NCBI GenBank assembly: GCA_038870975.1
Contig: JAVZJD010000001.1
Span: forward strand, 129,926 to 161,925
DNA from: Candidatus Bathyarchaeia archaeon
Lineage (GTDB): Archaea > Thermoproteota > CALKCG01 > B24
DNA length: 32,000 nt
Direction of reading: 5' to 3'
Made by a program: the position numbers and the translations under genes. The notes beneath the pieces were generated by a model. It was not told the origin of the DNA and made no database searches. It saw nothing but the letters and a program-made list of their open reading frames with translations. Positions 8,617-18,850 of the stretch are shown piece after piece; position 1 is the first letter of the stretch, and each line of letters starts with the position of its first letter.

Positions 8617-11600
8617 ATGTATACGCAAGAAGATATGTGGCTTTTAATGAAAGCCTTTTTCTTGGAAAAAGGCTTAGTTAGACAGCATTTAGACTCCTAC
8701 AATGAATTTGTTGAGAAAGAGTTACAACAGATTGTAGATTCTATAGGTGGAGTTGAAATACCTATTAGTAATGGCAATCTCTATATTAAGTTTGGTGAAA
8801 TTAGCATAGGTAATCCAAGAGTTACAGAAGTCGACGGTTCATCCCATGAAGTTTATCCGCTTGAATGCAGACTTAGAAATCTTACTTATGCTGCACCCCT
8901 CTTCCTAGAAATGACGCCAATACTAAACGGTAAGACCATAACTACGGACACTGTTTACATTGGTGATTTGCCAGTCATGCTTAAATCTGAAATCTGTCCA
9001 TTAAGTAGAATGACTAGAGAAGAGCTTTTGGAAGTCGGTGAGGACCCAGACGACCCAGGCGGCTACTTTATAATAAACGGCTCTGAGAGACTTATTGTAG
9101 GTCTTGAGGATCTTGCTCCTAACAAGGTCATTGTAGACATTGATAGAAGTACTTCTAGGTTTGTCTATAGAGCTAAAGTTTTCTCTACAACCGTTGGCTT
9201 TAGAACAAGAGTTGAAATCAAACTCAAACCTGATGGAGCTATATACGTTTCAATACCTGGTGTGTCAGTAGAACTTCCATTTGTAGTTTTAATGAAGGCT
9301 CTTGGAGTTGAAAAAGACAGTGAAATCGCGGAAATGGTTTCGCCAGACCCCACGATTATAGAGCAACTTGAACCCTCATTTGATAAAGCTCCTAAAATTG
9401 ACACCACTGAAAAAGCCATAATTTTCATAGGAAACAAAATCGCCTATGGACAAGAGGAGGCGCGTAGGATACAGAGGGCTAATTCAATACTCGATAATAA
9501 CCTGTTTCTACATTTAGGCACATCTCCTGAATCTAGACTCATCAAAGCCAGATACATGGCTGAGATAGCTTGTAGACTTATAGAGCTTAAACTCGGCCTC
9601 AGAGCAGAGGATGATAAAGACCATTACGCCAATAAGCGTATTAGACTTTCAGGCCCCTTACTCGCAGACCTATTTAGATCCATATTTCGAGATATGATTA
9701 AGGATATGAGTTACCAACTTGAACGTCTATCCACTAAGAAGCTTGTAAACGAATCTATTAAATTAGCCATTAGACCCGGCATTCTAACGGAGAGGCTACA
9801 ACATGCTATCGCTACAGGCAACTGGGGGAGGAATAGAGTCGGCATCAGCCAACTTGTGGATAGAACGAATATACTTTCAACACTCAGCCATTTACGCAGA
9901 CTACAATCTCCATTAAGTAGAAGTCAACCAAACTTTGAAGCTAGAGAGTTGCATTCAACACATTTCGGGAGATTGTGTCCTGTTGAGACTCCAGAGGGCT
10001 CAAACTGTGGCCTTGTCAAGAACTTGGCTCTCATGGCTACTATATCCGTCTCGGCTGATGTAAGTACCGTTTCTAAGGTTTTAGAAGGTCTGGGATGTAT
10101 CCCGGTTGAAAATGCTGATAGGGAAACTCGTATTAAAGGTGTGAAAGTCTATGTTAATGGAACTTTAAGCTTCTACACTTTGAAGCCTGAAAAGCTTGTA
10201 AAAGATTTCATACGGTATAGACGTAGAGGGCGCGTAAGTACAGAGGTAAACATAGCATATCTTAAGGCTAAGAACGAAGTCCAAGTTAACTGTGATGCCG
10301 GTAGATGTAGGAGGCCTCTGATAGTAGTTGAAAATGGTGTTCCGCTCCTTAAACGCGAACATCTAAACAATTTGAAAAAAGGATTATTAAAATGGGAAGA
10401 CTTAGTAAAGATGGGTGTTATAGAGTATTTAGACGCTGAAGAAGAGGAGAACGCCTACATAGCCATGAGAATCGAAGACATTAAACCTGAAACCACTCAT
10501 TTAGAGATTTGTCCATACACCATGCTTGGGATTTGCGGTTCAATCATTCCTTTTGCTGAACATAATCATTCACCCAGAAACAGCTACGAAGCAGCTATGG
10601 CAAAACAAGCCATAGGTGTATATGCAATAAACTACTTTCTGAGGATGGATTCTAGAGCACACTTTCTACATTATCCTCAGAGACCCCTAGTGGAGACTAA
10701 GTCTATGGAAATTATGGGCTTCCATAAAAGACCAACTGGCCAGAATATGGTGGTTGCCATCTTGACAATGGGTGGATACAATATGGAGGATGCTATAATA
10801 TTCAATAAACATTCTATAGAGAGGGGATTAGCAAGGTCTTCATTCTTTCAACTCTATGAAGCCGAGTGCTACCAGTACATGGGAGGGGAGAAAGATACAA
10901 TAGAAATACCATCTAGCGGAATGAGAGGCTACATGGGTGAGGAATACTATAGGGTTTTAGAGGAGGATGGAATGGCTAGCGTTGAAAGTGAAGTCCAAGG
11001 TGGTGATGTCCTAATTGGTAGGACAAGCCCACCTAGATTCATAGAGGAGTATAGAGAGTTAGAAGCTAAAGGACCGTCTAGAAGAGATACCTCAGTAACG
11101 TTACGACCCTCTACACGAGGAATTGTAGACACTGTTATACTAACTGAAAATTCTCAGGGCAATAGAATAGTTAAAGTGAAAGTTAGAAGCAATAGGGTAC
11201 CCGAGATAGGGGATAAGTTTGCTTCTAGACATGGCCAGAAAGGTGTCATAGGAATGATATACCCATCTGAAGATATGCCTTTCACAGAAGATGGGGTTGT
11301 CCCCGACGTTATCATAAATCCGCATGCTTTTCCATCTAGGATGACTGTAGGTCAGCTTTTAGAGTCATTATTCGGTAAAGCTGCCGCTCTCACAGGTAGA
11401 CCCATAGACGGTTCTGCATTCCAAGAGGAAAAAGTTGAAGATGTTGAATCTGTGTTGAAACGTTATGGATTCGAGCCTACAGGCAAAGAAATCATGTACA
11501 GTGGGTTAACTGGTGAAAAACTCGAGGCTAAGGTATACATAGGTATTGTCTATTACCAAAGACTACACCATATGGTAGCCGATAAAATCCATGCTAGAGC

Positions 11601-11946
11601 TAGAGGACAAGTTCAAATGCTCACAAGACAACCAACAGAAGGTAGAGCGAGGGGGGGTGGATTGAGATTTGGAGAAATGGAGAGAGATTGTTTAATAGGC
11701 TATGGTGCTGCAATGCTCATTAAAGATAGAATGTTAGAGGAATCGGATAAATTTACGGCATATGTTTGCGGAAAATGTGGACTTTTAGCCTACTATGACT
11801 CTAAGACCAGTAGGTATATTTGTAGGATCTGCGGAGATGACGCTAAAATCTATCCAATAGTTATGCCCTACGCATTCAAACTTCTCCTTCAGGAGCTTAT
11901 GAGTATGTGCGTTGCTCCTCGGATCGTAGTAGAGGAGGGGATTTAA
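8617..11946 (+). CDS. rpoB: DNA-directed RNA polymerase subunit B (Rpo2, unsplit)
   Basis: 1109 aa; RLCPVETPEGSNCGLVKNLAL, GDKFASRHGQKGVIGMIYPSEDMPFTEDGVVPDVIINPHAFPSRMTVGQLLE, GGLRFGEMERDC. Confidence 0.98.
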   Translation: MYTQEDMWLLMKAFFLEKGLVRQHLDSYNEFVEKELQQIVDSIGGVEIPISNGNLYIKFGEISIGNPRVTEVDGSSHEVYPLECRLRNLTYAAPLFLEMTPILNGKTITTDTVYIGDLPVMLKSEICPLSRMTREELLEVGEDPDDPGGYFIINGSERLIVGLEDLAPNKVIVDIDRSTSRFVYRAKVFSTTVGFRTRVEIKLKPDGAIYVSIPGVSVELPFVVLMKALGVEKDSEIAEMVSPDPTIIEQLEPSFDKAPKIDTTEKAIIFIGNKIAYGQEEARRIQRANSILDNNLFLHLGTSPESRLIKARYMAEIACRLIELKLGLRAEDDKDHYANKRIRLSGPLLADLFRSIFRDMIKDMSYQLERLSTKKLVNESIKLAIRPGILTERLQHAIATGNWGRNRVGISQLVDRTNILSTLSHLRRLQSPLSRSQPNFEARELHSTHFGRLCPVETPEGSNCGLVKNLALMATISVSADVSTVSKVLEGLGCIPVENADRETRIKGVKVYVNGTLSFYTLKPEKLVKDFIRYRRRGRVSTEVNIAYLKAKNEVQVNCDAGRCRRPLIVVENGVPLLKREHLNNLKKGLLKWEDLVKMGVIEYLDAEEEENAYIAMRIEDIKPETTHLEICPYTMLGICGSIIPFAEHNHSPRNSYEAAMAKQAIGVYAINYFLRMDSRAHFLHYPQRPLVETKSMEIMGFHKRPTGQNMVVAILTMGGYNMEDAIIFNKHSIERGLARSSFFQLYEAECYQYMGGEKDTIEIPSSGMRGYMGEEYYRVLEEDGMASVESEVQGGDVLIGRTSPPRFIEEYRELEAKGPSRRDTSVTLRPSTRGIVDTVILTENSQGNRIVKVKVRSNRVPEIGDKFASRHGQKGVIGMIYPSEDMPFTEDGVVPDVIINPHAFPSRMTVGQLLESLFGKAAALTGRPIDGSAFQEEKVEDVESVLKRYGFEPTGKEIMYSGLTGEKLEAKVYIGIVYYQRLHHMVADKIHARARGQVQMLTRQPTEGRARGGGLRFGEMERDCLIGYGAAMLIKDRMLEESDKFTAYVCGKCGLLAYYDSKTSRYICRICGDDAKIYPIVMPYAFKLLLQELMSMCVAPRIVVEEGI

Positions 11947-11947
11947 C

Positions 11948-14900
11948 ATGATTTTAGAGGCTTATAAAAACGTAAGTGGAATAAAATTCGGTCTATTATC
12001 ACCACATGAAATTAGGAAAATGTCTGTTGTGGAGATTCGGACAGCTGACACATATGATGAGGATGGTTTACCCATCCCAACTGGACTTATGGATAGCAGA
12101 CTCGGCACTTTAGAACCTAGGCAGAAATGTGCAACATGTGGAAATACCGCAGCCTCATGTCCTGGGCATTTTGGCCATATTGAACTTGCAGTCCCCATAA
12201 TTCACGTCGGTTTTGTAAAGTATATTCAAGAACTTCTAACGATAACCTGTAGAGAATGCGGTAGAATCCTTATACCAATGGAGAAGATCGAAGAATTCCA
12301 GGGTAAAATAGAGCAACTTAAGAAGACAATGGGAGAAATCCCAAAAGATTTTTCCGATAGCATTAAAAAAGAGGCTAGGAAGAGGTCAGAGTGCCCTCAC
12401 TGTGGGGCTACACAGTACCGTATAGAGCTCGTAAAACCCACTTCTTTTTATGAATATCCAATAGAAGGAGGAGCTGTAAGACTTGACCCAGGCGTCATAA
12501 GAAGTAGACTTGAAAGGATACCTGACGAGGATCTTAAACTCTTAGGGTATGATCCATCCTTAGCACGACCAGAATGGGCGATCCTCCAAGTGCTTCCAGT
12601 TCCACCTGTCTATGTTAGACCATCTATAACGCTTGAGACAGGCATAAGATCAGAGGATGATTTAACGCATAAACTTGTGGACATCATACGTATAAATGAA
12701 AGGCTTAAAGAGGCTATTTCAAGTGGAGCGCCTACCGTTATAAGGGAGGAGCTCTCAGACCTTCTCCAATACCATGTAACTACTTACATAGATAATGAAA
12801 CTTCGGGAATCCCTCCATCTAGGCATAGGTCTGGTAGAGCACTTAAAACTTTAAGTCAGAGGCTCAAGGGAAAAGAGGGGAGGTTTAGACTAAACCTCAC
12901 TGGTAAAAGAGTTGATTTCTCAGCTAGAACTGTCATATCTCCCGACCCATGCTTAAGTATAGACGAAGTGGGGGTTCCAATAGATATAGCCAAGAAGCTC
13001 ACAGTTTCAGAAAGAGTTACTCCTTGGAATATAGAAGAAATGAAGAAGCTTGTCATTAACGGTCCAGATAACTATCCTGGAGCATTATACGTAATTAGAC
13101 CTGACGGAAGGAAAATTAGACTCGATTTCGTAACTGATAGAAGCAAGTTGGCAGATGAGCTTCAAGTCGGCTATATTATTGAACGACATATCAGGGATGG
13201 CGATATTGCATTATTCAACCGACAGCCATCACTTCATAGAATATCGATAATGGCTCATAGAGTTAAAGTTCTACCTTACAAGACGTTTAGACTTCACTTA
13301 GCGGTATGCATACCATACAACGCTGACTTCGACGGAGATGAGATGAATCTTCATATCCCTCAGAGTGAAGAAGCCAGATCTGAAGCGCGTTTACTCATGC
13401 AAGTTCAAGATCAAATAATATCACCAAGATATGGGGCGCCTATAATAGGCTCAACTAGAGATTTTCTGACAGCGGCGTATCTTCTTACCCAGAGAGATAC
13501 GTATGTCAACAGGGAGCAGCTTTATACTCTTCTAGCTGCCATAGATTATGATGGTGAGATACCACCACCAGCTAAGAAAGAACCAGAACCACTGTGGAGT
13601 GGAAAACAAGTCTTCAGCTTACTTCTACCTAAGGATTTTAACTACTTTGGAAAAGCGGCTGTGTGTAAGCATAAGCATACATCTCCAGATGAAGACTGCC
13701 CACTAGAGGGTGTAGTTGTCGTCAGGAATGGGCAATTGATTAAGGGGGTTATAGATAAGAACTCCATAGGAGCTGAAAAAGCTGAGACATTGTATCATAG
13801 GATAGTTAGAGATTACGGCACGGCTTTTGCAGCCGATTTTCTGAATAAACTATGCCGACTGCTGAACACTTTTATAACGATTAGAGGATTTAGCTTTTCT
13901 CTAGATGAACTTAGTTTACCCGACGATGCTAAGGAAGCTATACGGCAAGTTATAGAAGAGGCTGAAGAAGCGGTTCACCAGTTAATAAGTGAATATCGGA
14001 AAGGCACGTTAAGGAGGATACCTGGAAAGACTCTGGAGGAATCTCTTGAAATACTTATAATGAACGAACTTTCTAAAGCTAGAGACCGTTGCGATGAGAT
14101 AGCTTCATCTTCATTAAGTTTAGACAATCAAGGCATAATTATGGTTAAATGCGGGGCGAGAGGCTCAGAACTTAATATTGGCCATATGACTGCCTGTCTT
14201 AGCCAACAGTCAGTGAGAGGAAGGAGAATCCCATGTGGATTAATTGAAAGAGCCCTACCCCACTTTAAGTGGGGTGATCAAAGCCCAAGAGCCAGAGGAT
14301 TTATAGCGTCATCTTTCTATAAAGGTTTATCCCCAATAGAGTTCTTCTTCCACTCTATGGCGGGTAGGGAGGGATTAATCGACACAGCCGTTAGAACTCA
14401 GCAGAGTGGTTATATGCAGAGAAGACTTATTCATGCGCTAGAATTTCTGAGGGTTGAGTACGATGGGACTGTTAGAACAACAGATGGGGAAATAATACAA
14501 TTTAAGTATGGTGAAGATGGGGTAGATCCATCTAAGAGCGACCATGGTAAAGCTGTAAACCTGCAACGTCTCTTGGAAAGAATGAATATCAAAGAGGGGG
14601 TTGCTCCTCTTAAACTTAGCGAGATTAATGAGATTTTAAATAGATATCGTAGTAGACTTACGCATTTCTACATTTCCAGTCTCAGAAAGCTGATACGCGA
14701 TAAGCACTTAACCAGAGAAGACGCTATTAGACTCGTAGAAGCTACTGTAGAAGAATTCGAAAAGTCTCAAGTAGACCCTGGAGAAGCGGTTGGAGTTGTA
14801 GCTGCTCAATCTATAGGTGAACCAGGTACTCAAATGACTCTTAGAGTGTTCCACTTTGCGGGTGTCAGAGAAAGAGATGTAACTCTAGGGCTACCTAGGC

Positions 14901-15778
14901 TTCTTGAAATTGTTGACGCTAGGAAAAATCCTTCAACTCCAATAATGACGATAAGGCTCGATGAAGAACACAGAGCTGATAGAGATAAAGCTTTAAAAGT
15001 AGCCCAATCTCTCACCTATACTACTATAGGCGACTTAACGGCTAAAGGAGAATATAGAATAGACTTGGAAGAGGGGGTCATCAGGATTAAAATAGATAGG
15101 TCTATCATGGAAAACAGAGGGGTAACAGTCGAAGACTTGGAGAATTTAACAGTTGCTAATGCGACGTTAGAATTTTCCGGCGATGAACTCATAATTAAAC
15201 CCAAATCCACAACGGATATTTTATGGCTAAAGAGACTTATTAGTAGAGTTATGAAACTTGGTGTAAAAGGAATACCGGGAATAAATAGAGTGCAAGTTGT
15301 TATGGAAGGTGATGAGTGGGTTATCCAAGCAGATGGGTCAAACCTGAGCAGAGTTATCCAAGTTCCGGGCGTAGATCCAGCTAGGACATTAACTAATAAT
15401 ATATATGAAATCTATGAGACGCTAGGTATCGAAGCCGCAAGAAATGCAATTATAAGGGAGGCTAAGGATGTTTTCGAAGGTATAGGTGGTGGTTTAGACC
15501 TTGACATTAGACATCTCATGCTTGTAGCAGACGTCATGACAGCTACAGGTAGGATACGTCAAGTTGGTAGACACGGTGTAACTGGCGAAAAATCGAGTGC
15601 ACTGGCTAGAGCAGCGTTTGAAATAACTGTTTCAAGTATTATAGATGCCGCAGTGAGAGGTGCTGAAGACACACTTAAAGGTGTTACGGAGAATATTATA
15701 GCTGGGCAAAATATGAAAGTCGGAACGGGAATAGTGGATATTTATATGACCCCAAACCCGCCTCCGGGTGGTGAGTGA
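11948..15778 (+). CDS. rpoA: DNA-directed RNA polymerase largest subunit, A' and A'' fused in one ORF
   Basis: 1276 aa uninterrupted; YNADFDGDEMNLHIPQSEEARSEA (catalytic NADFDGD), then VGVVAAQSIGEPGTQMTLRVFHFAG and C-terminal DVMTATGRIRQVGRHGVTGEKSSALARAAFE of A''. Confidence 0.97.
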   Translation: MILEAYKNVSGIKFGLLSPHEIRKMSVVEIRTADTYDEDGLPIPTGLMDSRLGTLEPRQKCATCGNTAASCPGHFGHIELAVPIIHVGFVKYIQELLTITCRECGRILIPMEKIEEFQGKIEQLKKTMGEIPKDFSDSIKKEARKRSECPHCGATQYRIELVKPTSFYEYPIEGGAVRLDPGVIRSRLERIPDEDLKLLGYDPSLARPEWAILQVLPVPPVYVRPSITLETGIRSEDDLTHKLVDIIRINERLKEAISSGAPTVIREELSDLLQYHVTTYIDNETSGIPPSRHRSGRALKTLSQRLKGKEGRFRLNLTGKRVDFSARTVISPDPCLSIDEVGVPIDIAKKLTVSERVTPWNIEEMKKLVINGPDNYPGALYVIRPDGRKIRLDFVTDRSKLADELQVGYIIERHIRDGDIALFNRQPSLHRISIMAHRVKVLPYKTFRLHLAVCIPYNADFDGDEMNLHIPQSEEARSEARLLMQVQDQIISPRYGAPIIGSTRDFLTAAYLLTQRDTYVNREQLYTLLAAIDYDGEIPPPAKKEPEPLWSGKQVFSLLLPKDFNYFGKAAVCKHKHTSPDEDCPLEGVVVVRNGQLIKGVIDKNSIGAEKAETLYHRIVRDYGTAFAADFLNKLCRLLNTFITIRGFSFSLDELSLPDDAKEAIRQVIEEAEEAVHQLISEYRKGTLRRIPGKTLEESLEILIMNELSKARDRCDEIASSSLSLDNQGIIMVKCGARGSELNIGHMTACLSQQSVRGRRIPCGLIERALPHFKWGDQSPRARGFIASSFYKGLSPIEFFFHSMAGREGLIDTAVRTQQSGYMQRRLIHALEFLRVEYDGTVRTTDGEIIQFKYGEDGVDPSKSDHGKAVNLQRLLERMNIKEGVAPLKLSEINEILNRYRSRLTHFYISSLRKLIRDKHLTREDAIRLVEATVEEFEKSQVDPGEAVGVVAAQSIGEPGTQMTLRVFHFAGVRERDVTLGLPRLLEIVDARKNPSTPIMTIRLDEEHRADRDKALKVAQSLTYTTIGDLTAKGEYRIDLEEGVIRIKIDRSIMENRGVTVEDLENLTVANATLEFSGDELIIKPKSTTDILWLKRLISRVMKLGVKGIPGINRVQVVMEGDEWVIQADGSNLSRVIQVPGVDPARTLTNNIYEIYETLGIEAARNAIIREAKDVFEGIGGGLDLDIRHLMLVADVMTATGRIRQVGRHGVTGEKSSALARAAFEITVSSIIDAAVRGAEDTLKGVTENIIAGQNMKVGTGIVDIYMTPNPPPGGE

Positions 15779-16088
15779 AACGATAAACGTAGATAAAGCC
15801 ATATATAGTGCTGTAAAAACGGGGAAAGTTGTATTAGGCTCTAAGAGGACGCTTAATCTTCTCAAGATGGGGAAAACTAAACTCGTTGTGGTCGCATCGA
15901 ATATTCCAAAAGATTTAAGAGAAGTTATTGATTACTATACTAAGCTGACGTCAATACCAGTTTACACGTATAAAGGCACTAGCATAGAATTGGGACGCTT
16001 ATGTGGTAAGCCGTTCCCCATCATGATGATCGCCGTTAGAGACCCGGGAGATTCAAATATAATGGAGTTGGTGAAGCATGAAGAGTGA
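15768..16088 (+). CDS. rpl30e: Ribosomal protein eL30 (L30e)
   Basis: 106 aa; GKVVLGSKRTLNLLKMGKTKLVVVASNIPKDLREVIDYYTKLTSIPVYTYKGTSIELGRLCGKPF; GTG start, overlaps the end of rpoA. Confidence 0.95.
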   Translation: MVSETINVDKAIYSAVKTGKVVLGSKRTLNLLKMGKTKLVVVASNIPKDLREVIDYYTKLTSIPVYTYKGTSIELGRLCGKPFPIMMIAVRDPGDSNIMELVKHEE

Positions 16089-16518
16089 TAGTATTAGACT
16101 TACGGCTGAGGAAATGGGCCTAATAAACGTAGTTGAAAGTTTAACCGGAGCTAAGTGTAGAGATTGTCTGATAGATTCTAGTAACGGTAAAGTCACGTTT
16201 ATAGTTGAAGAAGGGGACTTAAGACTTGCTTTAGGTAAGAAGGGTTCCAACGTTAGACTCCTACGGAGACTTCTTAAACGTGACGTAGAGTTTATAGAGT
16301 ATTCTTCAATCCCCGAAGTTTTCATAGCTAAATCACTTACACCTGCTAGAATTAGAGAAGTCAGAATAACAGAGAAGCCTAACGGTGAGAAATTGGCGGT
16401 AATAACCGTTGAGCCTAAGGATAAGGGTCTCGCCATAGGTAAAAACGGTAGAGTTATAGAGAGAACTAGAAAGTTGGCTCGGCGGTACTTCAACATAAGC
16501 CATGTTATAGTGGTGTAG
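16078..16518 (+). CDS. nusA: NusA-like KH-domain transcription factor
   Basis: 146 aa; CRDCLIDSSNGKVTFIVEEGDLRLALGKKGSNVRLL and PKDKGLAIGKNGRVIERTRKLARRYFNISHVIV; conserved position before rps12. Confidence 0.94.
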   Translation: MKSDSIRLTAEEMGLINVVESLTGAKCRDCLIDSSNGKVTFIVEEGDLRLALGKKGSNVRLLRRLLKRDVEFIEYSSIPEVFIAKSLTPARIREVRITEKPNGEKLAVITVEPKDKGLAIGKNGRVIERTRKLARRYFNISHVIVV

Positions 16519-16599
16519 GCGAGCGATTAATCTAAACCCAACCGCAATATTCTATCGGCTTCTCCTTTAAAGTCGAATTGGAAAACCAATAAGGACATT

Positions 16600-16613
16600 T
16601 AAACTTTAAATAG
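16600..16613 (+). promoter_or_regulatory. Putative TATA box upstream of rps12
   Basis: TTAAACTTTAAATAG ahead of the rps12 start. Confidence 0.35.
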
Positions 16614-16639
16614 TTGTTAAAGTAGTTATGCTATTCGCT

Positions 16640-17065
16640 ATGCCTGGTGAATTCGCCGCTAGATCGCTTAAAAAGAGGAGGAAAAAGTTTAGGTGGAGCT
16701 ATAGGTATTATAAGCGTAAAATGCTTGGTTTAGATATAAAAGCAGACCCTCTTGAAGGGGCACCTATGGCAAGAGGCATAGTACTTGAAAAAGTAGGAGT
16801 CGAATCTAAGCAACCAAACTCGGCTATAAGAAAATGTGTCCGTGTCCAGCTTATAAAAAATGGGCGCGTTGTAACCGCTTTCTTACCCGGTGATGGAGCC
16901 TTAAACTTCGTAGATGAGCATGATGAGGTTTTAATTGAGAGCATCGGAGGCACGAGAGGTAGATCCATGGGCGACATACCGGGTGTTAGATTTAAAGTTA
17001 TAGCTGTTAATGGTGTTCCTCTAAATAGGCTTATAATTGGTAAGGCGCAAAAACCGACTAGGTGA
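16640..17065 (+). CDS. rps12: Ribosomal protein uS12
   Basis: [67 protein letters not shown] opens at 16628; start at 16640 ([10 protein letters not shown]) fits the family better. Confidence 0.97.
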   Translation: MPGEFAARSLKKRRKKFRWSYRYYKRKMLGLDIKADPLEGAPMARGIVLEKVGVESKQPNSAIRKCVRVQLIKNGRVVTAFLPGDGALNFVDEHDEVLIESIGGTRGRSMGDIPGVRFKVIAVNGVPLNRLIIGKAQKPTR

Positions 17066-17082
17066 TATTGGGAGGGGAGGCG

Positions 17083-17652
17083 ATGCCTGAAGAGGTCAGA
17101 CTTTTCGGAAAATGGCCATATGATGGTATTGAAGTTAAAGACCCGAGTCTTAAATCGTACATATGCCTTAAACCAGTCCTATACCCTAGAACTGGTGGTC
17201 GACATGCACGTAAATCGTTTGCACGGATAAATACTCCCATCGTTGAGAGACTTGCAAATCAACTTATGCGTCCTGGTGAGAACGGCGGTTTGAAAGCGAA
17301 AGCTTTAAACATTGTGAGAAATGCATTTGAAATAATTAATCTTAAGACTGGAGAGAACCCACTTCAAGTTCTTATCAAAGCTTTAGAGAATGCCGCTCCC
17401 TGTGAAGACGTTACACGCGTTGCCTATGGAGGTATAGTGTATCATAGAGCCGTCGATGTAGCTCCCTCTAGAAGGCTAGACTTAGCTTTAAGATCCATCG
17501 TGGACGGCGCTAGACTCAAAGCCTTTAGTAATCCTAAAACAATAGATGAGTGTTTAGCCGATGAGATAATAAACGCAGCTGAAGGTTCACAAGACTCATA
17601 CGCAATACAGCGTAAAGATGAGCTTGAACGGATAGCATTAGCGTCAAGGTAG
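17083..17652 (+). CDS. rps7: Ribosomal protein uS7
   Basis: MPEEVRLFGKWPYDGIEVKDPSLKSYICLKP...; GGGAGGGGAGG ribosome-binding site just before the ATG at 17083 (ORF opens at 17062). Confidence 0.96.
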   Translation: MPEEVRLFGKWPYDGIEVKDPSLKSYICLKPVLYPRTGGRHARKSFARINTPIVERLANQLMRPGENGGLKAKALNIVRNAFEIINLKTGENPLQVLIKALENAAPCEDVTRVAYGGIVYHRAVDVAPSRRLDLALRSIVDGARLKAFSNPKTIDECLADEIINAAEGSQDSYAIQRKDELERIALASR

Positions 17653-18140
17653 TATGTCTTCAACTTTCTAACCCTCAGCGAAAGAAAATTCTCAAATGTA
17701 TTTTTGAGAAACACCAAGTAGATAGTCTAAAGAAAGGATTAGAAGCGAAAACCTCAGACTGAACACATAAGCTAAAACTATTACAACCTCTTGGTAAAGC
17801 CCTCCAACAAAATCCCCATTTTTCCCTCTTAAGCCTCTTCTTAGAGGATGTCTGTTTGAGGCTTTATTTCTATTCCATGTAAGGGCATCCTCTACACGGT
17901 TCCGTATGTCCACGATGTGAGGGAGGAACCTCTGAAGTAGTAAAACTGAGGTGAGAACGGGAAGTCTTCTGCGATAAATGCTTCGAAAGACTCTCCAATA
18001 TGGAGTCTATTTTGGGCGATGCGAAGTCTAAGCTCACTATTACTGAGCCAGCTATTTTGAAAATTAGAGCAATATTCGAAAAGTATGGAATTCTAGGTAA
18101 AGGCTATGTTGAAGAATCTCTATTTCAATCGGGAGCTTAG
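17652..18140 (+). pseudogene. Disrupted reading frame containing a zinc-ribbon signature
   Basis: One frame reads VCLQLSNPQRKKILKCIFEKHQVDSLKKGLEAKTSD*THKLKLLQPLGKALQQNPHFSLLSLFLEDVCLRLYFYSM*GHPLHGSVCPRCEGGTSEVVKLR*EREVFCDKCFERLSNMESILGDAKSKLTITEPAILKIRAIFEKYGILGKGYVEESLFQSGA*, with stops at 17760, 17880 and 17952. Confidence 0.4.
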
Positions 18141-18272
18141 AAAGGTTTTAATGATTAAGGTTCAAGGGAGATTTCTAAAATGGAGCACGTGATAGTTATG
18201 AAGGGAACTCTACGTTTTAATCTAAATAGACATAAACCTTGAGCATAAATCGCTTTTCGATAGGCTGAAACG

Positions 18273-18461
18273 TTGCATAGAATTTTGCGAGCGTATCTTC
18301 GAAGACCCGAGCCTGACTATACTACTAAGCTTAAAACCGCGGCTGTTTCAGCCCAGCTCGCCTCAAGGGCTTCGAAGGTCATAACGGAGATACAGCTGGA
18401 GGATATAGAGCGTAGAATCAAAGAAATTGAGGAAGTGGGAGATACACTTGAAAATCCATAA
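18273..18461 (+). CDS. Short ORF, possibly the tail of a broken gene
   Basis: 62 aa, TTG start, charged and helical C-terminal half (ITEIQLEDIERRIKEIEEVGDTLE); no intact upstream portion. Confidence 0.3.
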   Translation: MHRILRAYLRRPEPDYTTKLKTAAVSAQLASRASKVITEIQLEDIERRIKEIEEVGDTLENP

Positions 18462-18479
18462 AAATTCATGTAAATTAGA

Positions 18480-18682
18480 TGGAGGAAATATAGACCGAAA
18501 CTGAACAAGGTTATGGATGCCCTCCTCCGACTCTTCTGCATGAGGTGCCTACGCATCAGAGGCGTTAGGCGGGGTTTAAAATGCTTCGGAATAAGTGTGG
18601 CGGATGCCTGGTTTTCAAGGCGCTTTCAGCTGTAAACCCTAGTCTGAAGAAGGTGAGGGTTGAGCTTAAGCAGTTGAAGTAG
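18480..18682 (+). pseudogene. Possible frameshifted small zinc-ribbon fragment
   Basis: One frame gives WRKYRPKLNKVMDALLRLFCMRCLRIRGVRRGLK, another gives MLRNKCGGCLVFKALSAVNPSLKKVRVELKQLK (18581-18682); joining them would create CxxC...CxxC. Confidence 0.25.
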
Positions 18683-18836
18683 ATGCGTAGGGCGGTGAGG
18701 AATATCTAAATTGGTTGAAGAATGCTTACGTAGAGGCTTTAACATGTAACTTTAAAAAGCCCACTATAGGCGTATACTATCCAAGCCTACCATTGTCATG
18801 CTTGCTCAAGTAGTATTAAAAACGAAAGTAAGTGGT

Positions 18837-18850
18837 AAAACTTTTTATAA
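18837..18850 (+). promoter_or_regulatory. Putative TATA box for EF1A
   Basis: AAAACTTTTTATAA about 40-50 nt upstream of the ATG at 18889, with AAAGGTGG as likely RBS. Confidence 0.55.

Noticed and set aside
17692-17913. 73 aa minus-strand ORF in the rps7-EF1A gap
   Set aside because: No RBS or family signature recognised, and it is antisense to the better-supported zinc-ribbon-like frame.
17952-17954. In-frame TGA in the zinc-ribbon frame as a selenocysteine or pyrrolysine-like recoding site
   Set aside because: Pyrrolysine uses TAG, and the same frame also has upstream TGA and TAA stops. The TGA lies between, not within, the cysteine pairs. Decay or sequence error is simpler.
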